A stretch of DNA of 64,000 nucleotides. It comes from Psammoneis japonica. Taxonomy: Eukaryota. Under the pieces are notes generated by a model. That model searched no databases and was not told the DNA's origin. It was given only the letters and a program-made list of their open reading frames with translations. The position numbers and the translations under genes are program-made. This document shows, piece by piece, positions 10,100 to 23,271 of this stretch (position 1 is the stretch's first letter; each line of letters starts with the position of its first letter). The stretch is taken from NCBI GenBank assembly GCA_008632985.1, contig QPGO01000029.1, forward strand, positions 322,874-386,873, read 5' to 3'.

Positions 10100-12520
10100 G
10101 CAAGTTGCTGGGCTGGCCATGATCCCATCACAACAAATGTGCACCGATGTGTCACACTCAATTGCGCTGACTTGTCCATGACGTCTTGCACCCAACCAGT
10201 GCATTGTGATTTAATCTGTTGCGCAGCAGACTCGTGCCGGCTTCGTGTTGTGGATGGAAAAGAGTGCTTCCTTCCATTCCAACCAGCGGTGTAGGAGCTT
10301 GGGGTGGCTTGAGCTTCTTGGGAGAAGGTCGTCCTTCTCTGTGCTCATGCTGGTCCTCTGGGTCCCATTTCAAGGTCTCAATTGGTGAGTCACCTTGGAT
10401 CTTGTGGTGCTGAATCATCACCTTGTAGTCATCTGACATCCACTTGTCTCTTGGCTTTTGCTTGATTGCCTGTGCCCTCTCCCAAAGTGTGTTTTGGTCA
10501 TTTGTCCTGTTGTTGTCCTTAATTGCTTCCTGAGCATTGTTGTGTTTGACACAGAATGCTTCCTGCTCAAGGACATCCCCGTTCAAATGAACTCACCCAG
10601 CAGCGTAAAGTTTCCCACTTGTCAGTTTCTTTGTCCTGTCATGCATTGCAAGTGACCTCTCACCTGCCTTCCTCTTCTGCTGCCATTTGGCCTTGGCCCC
10701 TTCCGTGTTGGCACGAGCGAGAACAACCACCATCTCCTCTGCTGCTGAGCTGTCCAACACGTTCAAGTCTTGCAGCATCTCCCATTTTTCTCAGGAGCAA
10801 GGGCTGGAGACAAGGGTTGATGTTGGCTCTTGTTGTTGGGTCTTGTCCTTCGTTTTGAGGATTTCTGGGTGGCTGAGGCACTTGCAGTTGGGTGGATTCC
10901 AGCCGCATTTGGCAGTGGCATCTTTGCTCCCATCTTCATTGGCAAAGCTTCCATTCCAGCCTGCGTTTGTGGTGGGTGTGATGTCCAACTTGCGGCCATC
11001 AATGGGCAGGTTTGTGGCTCTCTTCAAAGCAACTTGATTGGCTGCATGCACCCAACAGCCAATCTTGAATTGGCCATTCTGCTGGCTGCTGTCCCCCAGT
11101 TGCCAAATGTGAGCACCACACGGAAGGCCAAGACACATGCACCACTTGGTGAGTTCATCATTGATGCACCTGAGAAGCTCCAGATCAAACCTTGTGCCAT
11201 GGCCATCGATCATTGCATGAGGAACGGGGCCTCCCTCAACTCGTGGAAGGATCTCCAACTCGTCAAGGTGTCGAAGAATGTCTGCGAGCATCTCTCCCAT
11301 TGTGCCTGCATGTGGAGACACGGTTGCACAGCAAGGCACACGCTTTTCTCAAAAGATGCACTCAGGTCCACCTGGCATGAGCTTTCCTTTCCCAGCATTT
11401 GCACGCAGCCAATCACTGGCCAAACCATTGTGATCAGAAACATCATCGCAGTCGGCAAACAAATCACATCCTTGACTGTGCAACAGAGGAAGATCTCTCT
11501 TTTCACCCTTCACAATGACAACGCAAAGAACTGGTTGCCCATTTGCTGCAGTGAAGCCCATGGTGGTCCATGGAATGTTGGTTGTGGCGGCGGTCTTGGT
11601 GGCCTTCGATCCCTTTTCCGTCATGACTTTCTCGGTGGAGCGATTGCTGCCAACACGCTGATTTGTGTCATTCCCCACCTCATCTGCCATGAGCAAGCAC
11701 TCAGGATGCTTCATCTTGCATTTCGCAGCATGCCCGTGTGCTTTTTTCTCTGTTGACACTTCATCACCCTGCTTGTCAAGGAATGCGGCCTCCTCAACTT
11801 TGTCCAAAATTCTTGCTTCTTCTTGAAGGCACTCGCAAATTGAGTCGTGCATGAATTTGATGTTGTCGTACATCGCCCACTCCTGCCGATCCACGGAGAA
11901 GCCTTTGGGGCATTTTGCATTGACTCTGTCCCCACGCCAATTCATGAAGCCTTTGCAGTGCTTGATGCCGAGTTCAGCATGTGGATTCTGTGGGTCGGAA
12001 GGCTCGAATCCACGGCGAACCTTTTTCCATTCAACGACTCGCTTCTCGACTGCAGTGCCTTCAATTGGAGAGTTTGCCATTTCCAAAAATTTTTTTGCTT
12101 TGCTGGAGCATTCAGTTGTGCCATTGAATGACAATGTCCAAGAAGCATGCTCTCGACGTCTTGCACCGGTGATGTGCGATGCCCAGTCGTGAGCCGTTGT
12201 GGTGCCTGCTGGGTTGCTTGCATGCAGCTCGATTTAAGATGGATCTCTCCGGCATTTGGGCTGACTCGTCAATCCCATGCTTTACTTTTGCTTCTCCAAT
12301 TGTCTCCTTCAATGTGCCTTTGGGCAATCTCTCTTCTTCGCCATCCTTGAGGAGCTCGCGACATCGAATGAGTTCCTCAGTGGCCCAAACCTTCGCCTCT
12401 TCCAAGTCACTGTCCCTTTGCGTCATTGCTTCTGCTGTGGCTCCTTTGGGTCTTCCTCCTTTGCTTTGGTTTTCAAGTGGTGGAGGGTTGTTGTCATTTT
12501 TGGGTCCTTCCTTTGCTCGG
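10100..12520 (-). pseudogene. Pogo/Tc1-mariner-like DDE transposase, frameshifted and hypermutated
   Basis: Fragments HPECLLMADEVG, WTTMGFTAANGQPVLCVVI, PGGPEC, AMIDGHGTR, LGLPCGAHIWQLGDSSQQNGQFK resemble the DDE_1 catalytic core; candidate terminus near 13195-13245 (two TAAGGACTCARTTC repeats, then TTTTTTACTGG-TA); partner TIR not found. Confidence 0.8.
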
Positions 12521-13491
12521 GTGTCTTCGTCAGAGACAAGTGCGGCTTGCTCTCTTTTCCCACAATTTTTGATCCATGGTTGAATTCGTCACACGTTCCA
12601 AGTTGTGCCCAGAGAGCAATCCCTGCACAAACCCACGTGGAAGGCAATTGGATCCATTCTTGGATTGTTCTTCCAATGCAAGCGACACAGCCTTTTCCAG
12701 GTTTTCTTTGTGGATTTGGTCGGTGATGTTGACAAAGTGACAAGAAGGGCCGACCGACGTTTGTTGCTGTTGATGCGAGGAGAAGGCACTGGCGACACAA
12801 CACTGATGGTTGAAATAGATGAGGAAAGTGGGAGACTTGGACGTCGCAGTCTCTGACTTCTCCTTGTGGGAAGCAACGACGAAACGAGCGCCATGGTGAC
12901 AGTGTCGATTTGTGGTTGGAACGTTGGCGTCAAATTCAAAAGTTTCAAAATCAACGAAGCAGTGCGAGGAGTGATGGCATATGATGTACGTGTCTTAACT
13001 TTGTTGAATCTCGTTTTCGCGTTCAAAAACACAAACGACCATGTTCGACGGCAACGGGCAGCCGGAGAAAACTGAAACACCCAAATCCAAACACATGGTC
13101 AGAAGCAGCAGCAATCGAAGATTGTCTCAGCAACTAAAAAACTTTGATTACTTGGTTTTTTCATCATTTTATGGATCGATTCAACATGTGGGTCGGATAA
13201 GGACTCAGTTCAGTCATAAGGACTCAATTCGGTTTTTTACTGGTAAATCTCCTGCCAACTTCAACTTTTCCCGCCTCGATTTGAATTTCGATTGGCGCAG
13301 ATGGAGGTAAACAGCCACTCTAATGTAACAAACTAAAACTAGAACATGTGAAAATGCTTAGTAGCTCTCTCTAGCTCTAGCTAGAGGGTGCTTTTACTCT
13401 ACGAGATTAGTCTGCTGACGCTTCGACAAACGTGAAAGGAAGGAGGTGAAGCCCGCAACAAATGCTTCGAAAGTGTGCTAATACTTACTCT

Positions 13492-16400
13492 TCATGTGGA
13501 ATCCGCAGATGCAGGATAAGCAGTGTCAGGTTCCAGACGGTCAAGAAGCAAGGACTTGAGCTTTGTCAATTTCAGAGGGAGATCCGGGGTGGGCAAGGTC
13601 TCAAGCACGTTGTCCCGCAAGTCTAATACTTCCAGAAGGACGCAATCGACGATACTTGGCGGTAGGGTCTTGATCCGATTTTGTGACGCATACAAACATT
13701 TCAAATGTTTGAGCCGACCGATTGTTGACGGAAGCCTCGAAAGCTTGTTGCTGGATATGTCAAGGACCTGGCACGCATGACAGCGGCAATGTGAGCACGT
13801 GATTCCCCCCTTTCACAACAACAACAAAGATGAAATGCAAGTAGGAAAGAAGAAAAGAAGACATTGCGTAACGACTGCCGCTTGAAGGGAAACTAGAACC
13901 GGCCACAACTCGACCGAACAAATTACCTGCAAGTTTTCAAAATACAGCCCGATTGTTTCTGGTAACTGAGTCAGAGAGCAATGCTTCAAGCATAGGCTCT
14001 TGATATTGTTTCCGGCGAGAACGATACTCATCGGAAAGGTCGACCTGTCGCAGGCGACCATCTCGTTACGAGGGCGGCCAGCCAACGGAATACTCTGCAG
14101 ATTCACCACGGCAAGTTGGTCTGCAGTTCCGCGACTGATATTATCTACCGATTCATCGCCAAACGTTGACGACACAATGGAATGGCAGGTTTGTCGAGTA
14201 GCACTTGACGTTGAGATCGCATTGTCGTGTCTGTCTTGTTTGAGCGCCGCGACCAAGTTCCAATCCCCGTGCAGAGTAATGTGATTCAAATGCAATCCAT
14301 AATTCGTCACGTGGGAGGCGATTTGCATATGCGTATGGGATATGTCATCTGGCAGTCCAAAACTCACTGGAGATTTCGAGGAGGAATCGTCACTCGAAAT
14401 AGCAGGAAGAGTAGATCTGAGTGCAACGAGCTGAGACCAAAGTAATTCTGAGAACTGAACAACACTTCCATCACGTGGACGAACCATGTTCTGGTCGCGA
14501 CTAAACGGAAACAGAGCATACTCCAATCGACGCTGAGTTTTACCATAGAGACCGATGCACGCGGACAGTGATACACTGATAGCCTGAAGCGGCGCAACTG
14601 CTAGACCACTCAACTCCATGCCAACTTGAGACCCATGGCTATTCTGACGTGCTAGGAACATTGTGATTCGCTTGATACCAGAGTCTAGCTCCGCCAGAGT
14701 TGCTGTTCTACTGACATCATGAAAAGGTCCTCCCCGTTCGGTGAAACTCGTCGTCACCGTATGGACAATGCCAATAACCAAGTATCCCAAAACTATCGCG
14801 TTCTTCAGCAACTGACGTCTCTTGTGCAATGAGGAAGAATGGAGCGTACTTCTTTTGGCACACGCTAAAAACGATGCGAGGGTTCGTTGCAATGATAAAC
14901 CAATCTCGTCTTGAGTTAGAAAAGATGACAGCACGGACTTGCTTGCCCGCACATTTGCAAGCAGTTCCCTAAAAGCCGAAATCTCGTCGCCCTCTTTCTC
15001 CGTTTCACCACGAAGCAAGGCATCTGAAGACGTAACTCCAAGGAGCTTTTCCATTGTCAAACGTAAGGCATCGCTCAAAACGCGCTCCCTGTCTGCTTTG
15101 GAGTTGGTATTTTGAGTTCTCTCCTTCGCAGGACCTAGGAACATCGTCGATATCTCCTCCAGCATGGTCTTCCATTCACTCCCGAGCGTCGCTCCCATCG
15201 AAGGACGCGTCTGGCAAACATAAAGCAACCGCATATACTCAGATAGCATTGCAAATGCGACTTGCGTGTCAAATGCACAGTAGAATATCCCTTGTCTTTC
15301 AGAGTTGTGATCGAATGAATCCCACACCGTTCGTGTTAATAGCTCTGAAAAGAGCTGAAGAACACCTTGTATATTATTCTGGATTGCATTCTCACCTTGT
15401 AGAATTGACTCGAACGAACTGCTTGTGACTTGCTGTAAAAGAGACTGAAGAGCGCGAGCAAGATCAAACCTTCCGGCATGAACGACGACACGAATGCAGT
15501 CCACCACCTTACCAAAGAAAGCAATAAGCTCTGGCACTTTCACTGGAACGTTGAGCTCGTAGAGCAGTTCCAGTCGAGCCCTGGATTTGGCGGCGTTTTC
15601 GAGTCGTCGCCTTTTCGTCATTGGTTCACCTGTCAAACGCTGTCTTGAGCCCCTGCGTACAACTTGAAAACCGCCCCATCGGTATAGCCACTCAATTAGT
15701 GAGCATGAGTCGTCAACACGGTGACGATCCCGTTCGCCATTTCGTTCCAAATCTTCATTCAGCATCCACCAAAAGGTCTTAGCCTCAGTGCGCGTATCTG
15801 AGTAGAAAGTAACCGATTGCTCGTCAGAGTCCTCGTCACTGTCTCGTCCGTACAAGCTTTTTATCCCGACTGCATCAGGATCTTGGTGCTCTTCCGAGCT
15901 CCTTGGTAGAGAAATGAAATCCGATTCGTTGATCCAAGCACACTCCACCGCTTTGAGCACCTCAATGCTTCTCTCTTGAGTTATGTCGTCAGAACTCGCG
16001 GTGCGATTCAATGTTGATGCCCTTGAAGGGCTTTCAACATCTTGGGGGGTGCCGACCGATGCATCTTCTTGAGAGTCTTCTGCAGCTGGAAGCTTTAGCG
16101 GTGGAAGCGGTATTCTTTCTCGCGCAATCATGAGTGCTTTTGAAACCCCCGCTCGTTCTTGAAGATGTTGGTATGGACAACTTGTATCAGCACAGACACC
16201 AGCGAGCTCATATGGGCATAACGCAACATCAGGGTCAACCTCTCCGGTCTGTTTGTTGCGAGGCGTAACAGTACATTCGTCTCTGTCGGTATTTCTTTTT
16301 GCTTCACCTGTATGGTCATATCGTTTAGGAGCAATGGACGAAAAGATGTCCAAGCATGTGTTCTTCAAGGATTCGGCTCGGTGCTGAGAACTTTCGGGCT

Positions 16401-17070
16401 TGATAGTGTCAAGCGCAATAGTTTCGAGAGCATTCACATCCATGGCCTTTCGGATAACTTCGAGGGAATCAAGACACGGGAGGAATGCAAACAAGCCGTT
16501 TTCAGAGCCGCTGCAATTCCAAAAGCTATCGAGTAGCGATTTGTCACAATGTATTGAAGGAACAGGTACCCCCGAGGCCCCGACGCTCTGATCAACCGAA
16601 GAACGCTTCAGAGGTGACTCGTCTTCGCTTTGATTCTGTACGTTGTCCTCACCTGCATCAACCATATTGTGCGGCGAAGATTCTACGGGCATGCCGTTTT
16701 CAGATTTTGAAGATTCTAAATGGAGAGTGGGTGCCATTTTCTCTAGTCGTTCCTGATAAGCTTCCACCGCCTTACGCATTTCTAGCAGCGGCTGCTCCTG
16801 TGCTTTTGCTTCCATCGTCAAACGCTCCTTCTTCTCCATCAGTGTTATGAGCCTCTCATTTTGAAACTTTTGTTTCGAGCTATCCCAACGACATGTTTAT
16901 GGTTAGAGGGAAATCGACACCGTAGGCGCTTCGGATTACATTGCAACTTACCGCTCCAGGTCCAGCTGCAGTGTCAGAAGGTCCCTCTTTTCGCTCAAGA
17001 ATTGCAGCTTCGTTTCGTGAGAGAGTACTTCTTGCTCCAGTCTATGGATATCCTCGTCATTGACACTCAT
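13492..17070 (-). CDS. Large protein with coiled coil, zf-C3H1-type zinc finger and C-terminal leucine-rich repeats; 5' end uncertain
   Basis: 1008-aa ORF with LCPYELAGVCADTSCPYQH; predicted introns 16880-16951 and 13768-13926; last exon VLDISSNKLSRLPSTIGRLKHLKCLYASQNRIKTLP (LRR). Confidence 0.75.
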
Positions 17071-17345
17071 CGTGTTGGTATTTCATTAGCCTCATTGTTT
17101 GTTGAACTGCAAAGCAACTGTGAGCGGTGTGAGGAGTCGAGTCTGCGGCGGCGGCGCAATCGCTCGGATCATTGCCGCTCGAGCTCGTCCCTGTGACTTC
17201 ATTCGAAAGAGCTCGAAGCTCGCAGTGTTGATGGCGGATTCTAACACGACTGATTGATCTGAGGGCCACAATGGCGGGCAATGACGACACGCCCTGTGCT
17301 TCTTGCGTCTCTTGTTACTTTCATCGAGCATCAAGCATCCCCATC

Positions 17346-18179
17346 ATGTGCAAAGCACCATTGTCGGGATACCTCAGTCTTGAAACCGTGGAGGTATCAT
17401 TGGATGAAGAATTAGAGTTAGTGGAAGACGATCTTGAACAGATGGAATTATCCGATGACGAGTTGTCGTCATACGCGCTGCCAACGCGTTCCATCAAACT
17501 TCTGTGTGAGGATTTGAAAAGCGACGACTTCGACAAACTAGCAAAGGCTACAGAAGATCTTTATTACTTGATTGAAGGTGACAGTGACGAAGCAATTGCC
17601 AATTGCGAGCAAATTATCGACGCAGGAGGGCACAGCCTCTTGTTGCTACAAATCGAAAAGTTTCTTCTTGAGGAGAATCAGAAGCATTCAGGTCATTTAT
17701 ACTTTATCTTAGGCGCTCTGAATGTGCTCTTCATCATTTCAGGGGATGCAATTCCTTCCAGGAAGATGGTTTTTGAGCACCCATCTTTCGTTGTTACCGT
17801 TTTGGATGCCATGGCCATTGAACACGAGTATCCCGGAATGGACGTATTTGTCTCCGCTTGCTGTCTCTTGGTGAATCTAGTATCTGACGGCGGCTTTTTT
17901 ACCGGAAATTTCTCCTCGGTGACGGTGATTCGTGTTGTTGTAGAGAAGATGAAAATTCATGACAACAACGAAATCGCGCAGAGCATAGGCATAGGTTTTC
18001 TTGATAGCCTCATTCAATTGTGCCGGACGGAAACTGAAAGGATTGTTGAAGAGGCCAGAGCTGTCGATGCTTTTTCGGTGCTTGTCAGTGCCGTAGGGAA
18101 CTTCCCTCTCAATGAAGAAATCAGCTGTAGAGCCTACAGATGCTACATGGCTTTTATCGAGCACGGGTACTTTCATTGA
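17346..18179 (+). CDS. Hypothetical helical (ARM-like) protein
   Basis: 302-aa ORF with an acidic N-terminus and amphipathic helical repeats (IIDAGGHSLLL, SACCLLVNL); start could be 17271. Confidence 0.65.
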   Translation: MCKAPLSGYLSLETVEVSLDEELELVEDDLEQMELSDDELSSYALPTRSIKLLCEDLKSDDFDKLAKATEDLYYLIEGDSDEAIANCEQIIDAGGHSLLLLQIEKFLLEENQKHSGHLYFILGALNVLFIISGDAIPSRKMVFEHPSFVVTVLDAMAIEHEYPGMDVFVSACCLLVNLVSDGGFFTGNFSSVTVIRVVVEKMKIHDNNEIAQSIGIGFLDSLIQLCRTETERIVEEARAVDAFSVLVSAVGNFPLNEEISCRAYRCYMAFIEHGYFH

Positions 18180-18953
18180 ATGGCTGCCCTTTTGAACTAT
18201 CTTGGCATTGAGCTGTTCTGACGCAACAAAAGCACGTACTACGGACTAGACTTGAAAATGCACGAATTTCCATAGAGATGCAATCTTGTCGTTCTCATTG
18301 TTTGGCAACGAGGAAGGGGTTGCAGTGTCGTTTCTTTTGGTCTAGCTACACCTACTGTATTTTTCTGCTATTTGCAGACCGTTGTTGCATAATTAGTAGT
18401 CGAACACCACGGAGTTGAACCTAGCTCGCGTCATATTGTGTCTATACTACTTCGTGCTGAGATTCGAACGACATTCGATGGCGATCTTCGCTTATGCCAT
18501 GTGTACCACGCTTCCATGGGACTCTATTCCGCTATGCTCCAGCTCTTCTGACAAGGCAGCGCATTAAACCGCATTCGATGGTGCCACCAGCATTACTCTA
18601 TATGGCGAAAGCAGCCAGAGCAATTTCACTGTGAATATAACGAATCGAAACAAAGACAAACGTGGATTTGAAGGTTATGAAGTTGGAGTTGTTTGCTATG
18701 GTAGTTGCTCTTCTTTGGCTAGACAGCTCTAGTAGTTAGAGCTAGCAGTAGTGACCTATCGGTATGAATGCACACAACCACACAGTCGGGCAACAAAGCA
18801 TCACCTGCAATATATCGTATGGAGACGAGAAGTCAATCAATAATGTGTTGAAGTCTTAATAAGGGCTTTCACTATAAATACTATATGCTTTCTTGTCCAT
18901 ACACAAACGACCAAGCAACGAGAACAAGATGAAGCAAGTGCTATTTCGACTCT

Positions 18954-19670
18954 TTACTCGTAGCCCTCCACCGGCTCGATCCATTTGCCAGGGGATGGAC
19001 GTCGGTTCCGCCAAACAGAAGCGAACTCGTCATCCTCGTATTCACTGTCAGACGCATCTTCGACCACGATTGTCACGCGTTTACGTCGAGGTCTAGATGA
19101 CTTCTTTGGTGTTGCAACTGTCATCTCCTCGTCACCGATAGTAACAGACGATGTTGCTTTTGTCTCGATAGGTACGCTAGTTGGTTGCAGTCTCGTTTTC
19201 TTCGGGTGAACACAGGTTTCAACTTCCATTTCATCCGTCTCGGGACTTTCAGGAGCGTTCAATACATCGCTGTAATCGTAAGGATCATATTCGTTAGGTA
19301 CAACGCGATAAAGCTGGCCGTCGGCGCCTCTGACAATTGGGAATCGATCACGCTTCGAGCGTCGCAGCTTCTGGGCTCGTGATGCAGAGGCCTCTTTTCG
19401 TCTGATTTCCTCTTCTTGTCTCTTTTTCTGCAAGTAGATTTCTCGGCGTCTTTCTTCTTCCTCACGTTGTTGTAATTCGGCTTGTCGCTGTAGCTCTCTG
19501 AGACGCCTTTGTTTGGCCAGTTGCTCCTTCTCGAGTTGCATTTGATACTGCCTCCGCTCCAATTCAGCCTGTCGTCGCGCCTCCAGCTCTCTTTCTCGTC
19601 TCAAACGCCGAAAACTCAAGTCATAGGGAGAGGCATAATTGTCCTCATAGAATGGGAAACGATTAAACAT
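18954..19670 (-). CDS. Hypothetical coiled-coil protein
   Basis: 238-aa ATG-started ORF, E/R/Q-rich coil, C-terminal VVEDASDSE...WRNRRPSPGKWIEPV. Confidence 0.75.
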   Translation of the reverse strand: MFNRFPFYEDNYASPYDLSFRRLRRERELEARRQAELERRQYQMQLEKEQLAKQRRLRELQRQAELQQREEEERRREIYLQKKRQEEEIRRKEASASRAQKLRRSKRDRFPIVRGADGQLYRVVPNEYDPYDYSDVLNAPESPETDEMEVETCVHPKKTRLQPTSVPIETKATSSVTIGDEEMTVATPKKSSRPRRKRVTIVVEDASDSEYEDDEFASVWRNRRPSPGKWIEPVEGYE

Positions 19671-19974
19671 TGTTGTCGCTTTTTGTTGTGTCGTGCAAAG
19701 AATGCGTTTCAGAAAAATTGTGAGCAGATGCAGGTCGCCTTCAAGACGATTTCGATTCTCGCCGAAGAATTCGTTTCTGATCTTTTTCTGACGTCAGCAG
19801 ACGTCATATGTAGAAACCATATGGATATCTACGTAATCGTACTGTATCAAACAGCGAAAAGATGAAAAAAGTTCGAAGGTGAAGAGGAAAAAGGGAAAAG
19901 GGGGCAAGGAATGGCCTCTATTCATAGGAGATAGGAACTCCTGACAAACAGCTGAAGGCAAAACAACTTCTACT

Positions 19975-20514
19975 ATGCTCTCTCGTTTGGGTCAGCAATC
20001 ACTGCCGAGGACGCTGCAAATTACCCGTGTTGCCTATAGAAACACGCAATGTGCCCCTGCAGCCTCTCAACTCAGCAATAGCGTGCTTTTGAATGCGGGC
20101 ATGTGTCCTCCAGTCAAGACCGCATCACTCTCGACTGCAGCTGCTGCCGAGATGCCGCCTCCACGGCGAAGGACCCGATCGCTTGATCCAATTGTTGTAA
20201 CAGAAAGTGCCGCGGAGCGTATCAAAGAATTGCTCGCTGGAGAAAGCGCAGAAGGTGCCATTGGAATTCGCCTCGGAGTAAAACGTAGAGGCTGCAACGG
20301 ATTATCGTACACGTTAAATTATGCTTTTGAAAAGCCCGAGAAAGACGAGGAAATGACTGCTCACGGTGTTCGAGTATTTATTGAGCCAATGGCCCTGTTC
20401 AACGTGGTGGGAACAACAATGGATTGGGAAGAAACCGAGTTATCGAGTGAATTCACATTCAAGAATCCCAACTCAAAAGGAGAATGTGGCTGCGGCGAAT
20501 CGTTCAATGTATAG
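19975..20514 (+). CDS. ISA1: Mitochondrial iron-sulfur cluster assembly protein IscA/ISA1
   Basis: GVKRRGCNGLSY, FKNPNSKGECGCGESF; N-terminal presequence-like extension. Confidence 0.95.
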   Translation: MLSRLGQQSLPRTLQITRVAYRNTQCAPAASQLSNSVLLNAGMCPPVKTASLSTAAAAEMPPPRRRTRSLDPIVVTESAAERIKELLAGESAEGAIGIRLGVKRRGCNGLSYTLNYAFEKPEKDEEMTAHGVRVFIEPMALFNVVGTTMDWEETELSSEFTFKNPNSKGECGCGESFNV

Positions 20515-20636
20515 AGAGATTGATTTCATATTTGGTGAGGATCGCTCAACTCCAATAATAATTTTGTAAGATCATAGTTTACCCTTAATATTTCTTCGCA
20601 ATAGTACTCGGAAGATATCTGAAAGGAGCGCTTAGT

Positions 20637-22265
20637 CTAAATTCGCTCAAGAAGAAAGAGTTCTTGTCCAGCCGAAATCCCTGCATCCTCCAAAGTCTGA
20701 ACGTCATTGTCTTTGTCCAAACAATACTCTTTTCGAGGAAAGCGTGTGACTAACCGGAAGGCTGAAAGGTCCTCTTCTGAACTCAGGGTTGCAGCAAAGG
20801 AAAACAAGTCACTCAGTTTTGCGCGCGTCACATCGAATCGATGCCGACCAGTTGCTCCATTAGGCGCTCTAATTTGTACGGTACAAACTCCCTCTTTCTG
20901 ATCGATTGGTGGCTCTGGTAAGACCTCCGCACGAGTATGGTGAGGCGTCGGTTTCGCTGCTGGTGCTCGGCTAGTCGACGACGAGGAAAGGACACGTCCA
21001 GGTCCGGGTACAAAGGACGAATCTACCTGTTTGTGATCCGTGTCCATTGACTTAACCTGATCATCCAGCTCGTCACTAATATCGGCCCGCCCAAAGTCAA
21101 CTTCGATGTCGGTGTTTATGCAACTGACAACATGGTAGTCCGGGGGAGACACGGAGGAAACTACCAAATCATATTTGAAGCCACGATGCCAAGTATGAAC
21201 CAAATCGCCCACTGATAGTGTGGCGCGGGTTCGGATCAGAGACTGTGATAAACCAAAAGGAAAAGGGTGTCAGGTATCAGCATTGGTCGGAGCAGAGGAC
21301 CAAGCAGTGAAACCACCGGCTGCCGCAAACACACAAGCTCCACTCACCTGCTCCAAAACTAATTTAATATCCTTTAGACCATAAAAGCCATTCCTTATTG
21401 CTGCTTCTGTGGGCACCAACGTGCACGCCTTGCCCTTTGGTACTTTGATCAGCGACACCTCGACTTGCGTATCAGGAATGTCAAAAACTCCCCATGCTGT
21501 ATGCCCAGGAGTTTTCTCCTCATCCACGTCAATGGCACCTTCGATGGATGCTTCCTTGTCCTCAATAGATGCCGCTGCTGCTGGATCGACAGTTCGAGTT
21601 GTCGGGATTTCCGTACTCGCGTCATCCTGCCTCCATCTGTTGCGATCGAGGAGAGCCGACGCTATGGATGCAGGGAGGCCTATGAAACCTTCATCCTGCG
21701 TAAACTCTACCACGGTTCCATGAGTGTATGATATGTATTTATGAGACAGTTCTTCCAAATAGGCGGCGCTTGCTTCTGCAGTATTTTCTTCGTCGTCGTC
21801 AGAGTCCTCCATCGCGTCGTCCTCGGAAGGCAGTGGCATTTCATTCAGTGCTCGAGAAGCCGGAAACGAATACCCTGGTCGAGGCACCCCGATGCGAAAT
21901 ATCCAAGGAGAAGAGCTACCCGCAACGCCACTTTGATCACGTTCCGTTAAATGCTGAAGAACTGAAGGCGGGAGAGCGATTTTGTCGCCGTCACCATGAA
22001 TCGACGTGGGAGTCAAACAGAGGGGGCTTTCGTGGCTATCTCCTAGTGATGCCACCCCCAGAGCCCGTTCACATGATGTCATATAATGCTTGGCAAGCTG
22101 CAACTGCAATTTCTTCTTCTCGCGCTCAGCCCTCAGTTTTTCTTGCTGCTTTTTTCTATATTCTGCTTCTCGCTTGGCTTTTGCCGAAACGGGAGGCGGG
22201 CCTCGACGGCCTCGCATCTGCGACTGGTCCTTTTCCAAACGACGTGCTGCTGCTTCAAAATCCAT
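20637..22265 (-). CDS. UFD1-like domain plus C-terminal UBX domain protein
   Basis: GDKIALPPSVL, THGTVVEFTQDEGFIGLP (UFD1-like); VQIR...RLVTRFPRKEY...TLEDAGI (UBX); predicted intron 21243-21347. Confidence 0.85.
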
Positions 22266-23271
22266 TTTGTTTTTCTTTGGACTACTTGTAGAAAGCAAGA
22301 TAATATGGAAACTCAACGACAGCGACAACAATAACAACAACTTCTTCGGAGGTCGTCGGGGTTCTTGAGTCTTGCGTGCGTCGTGCCTCGAAACAGTTCG
22401 CGGGCTTTCAGTGAAATCAGTAGTAGTCTCGTGTGCTTGCTTTCAGGATAGGCAGGGAGGCGGGAATGATGACGTGCGTGGTCCGTCCGTCACTCGTTGT
22501 CGGCCGTTCCTCTGATCCCGCCCTCCCATAGTAGAGGGCCCTACGTACTCTATAGCTAGCTACAGTAGAGAGTAGCTAACTACTACTAGAGGTATCCTCC
22601 GAACCGGTACTTGTAGTGTGAAGACACCTGGTTACTCAATACGTATGTATGGCATACTTAACTCTACTACACAGTAGTTGCCATTTGTTATTGGCTATGA
22701 ATTGAAAGATTGAAGTCCCTCGTGGCATGATCAACGGACCCAGTCGAGTTCAAATGATCAAAACGCTCGGATTGCTTCAGGCAGCGTTTCGTGATTGAGT
22801 CGCGTGAGGAGACACGGGCGGATGACAACCCGAAACCCCCTAACATACACGTGCGGGTTGGCAAGAACTCCCCAGCTAGCTACCAGGGCAGCTGCTTTAG
22901 AGCCAGCTAGCTAGAGAGTGTCTCACTCATCTCAAACCATCTGCGCGACTCGCTTGGCCAGTGGGATCTAAGTAGTCGTAGGCCCTAGAGTCAAATTAGG
23001 CCCTAGAGTAGAGTCGACTAATTCTCGATTGGTCCTCTTCCCAAAGGATGTGCGGGGTGCGGCTGCTTAACGGTTAAGGGAGCCTACTATTGGATGCGTG
23101 CACTGCACGTCACCAGGGCGAACATTTTGTAGAAAACAGAAGTGTCCGTCGTTTCAGTCGAATGAATGATGATTCTAGTCCATTTTGACAACAATACAAA
23201 CAAGGTACACCCCAGACGAGAAGATGACGAGCGACAAAGATTTTTCAGACAACCAAGAAGTGTGATTTTGT

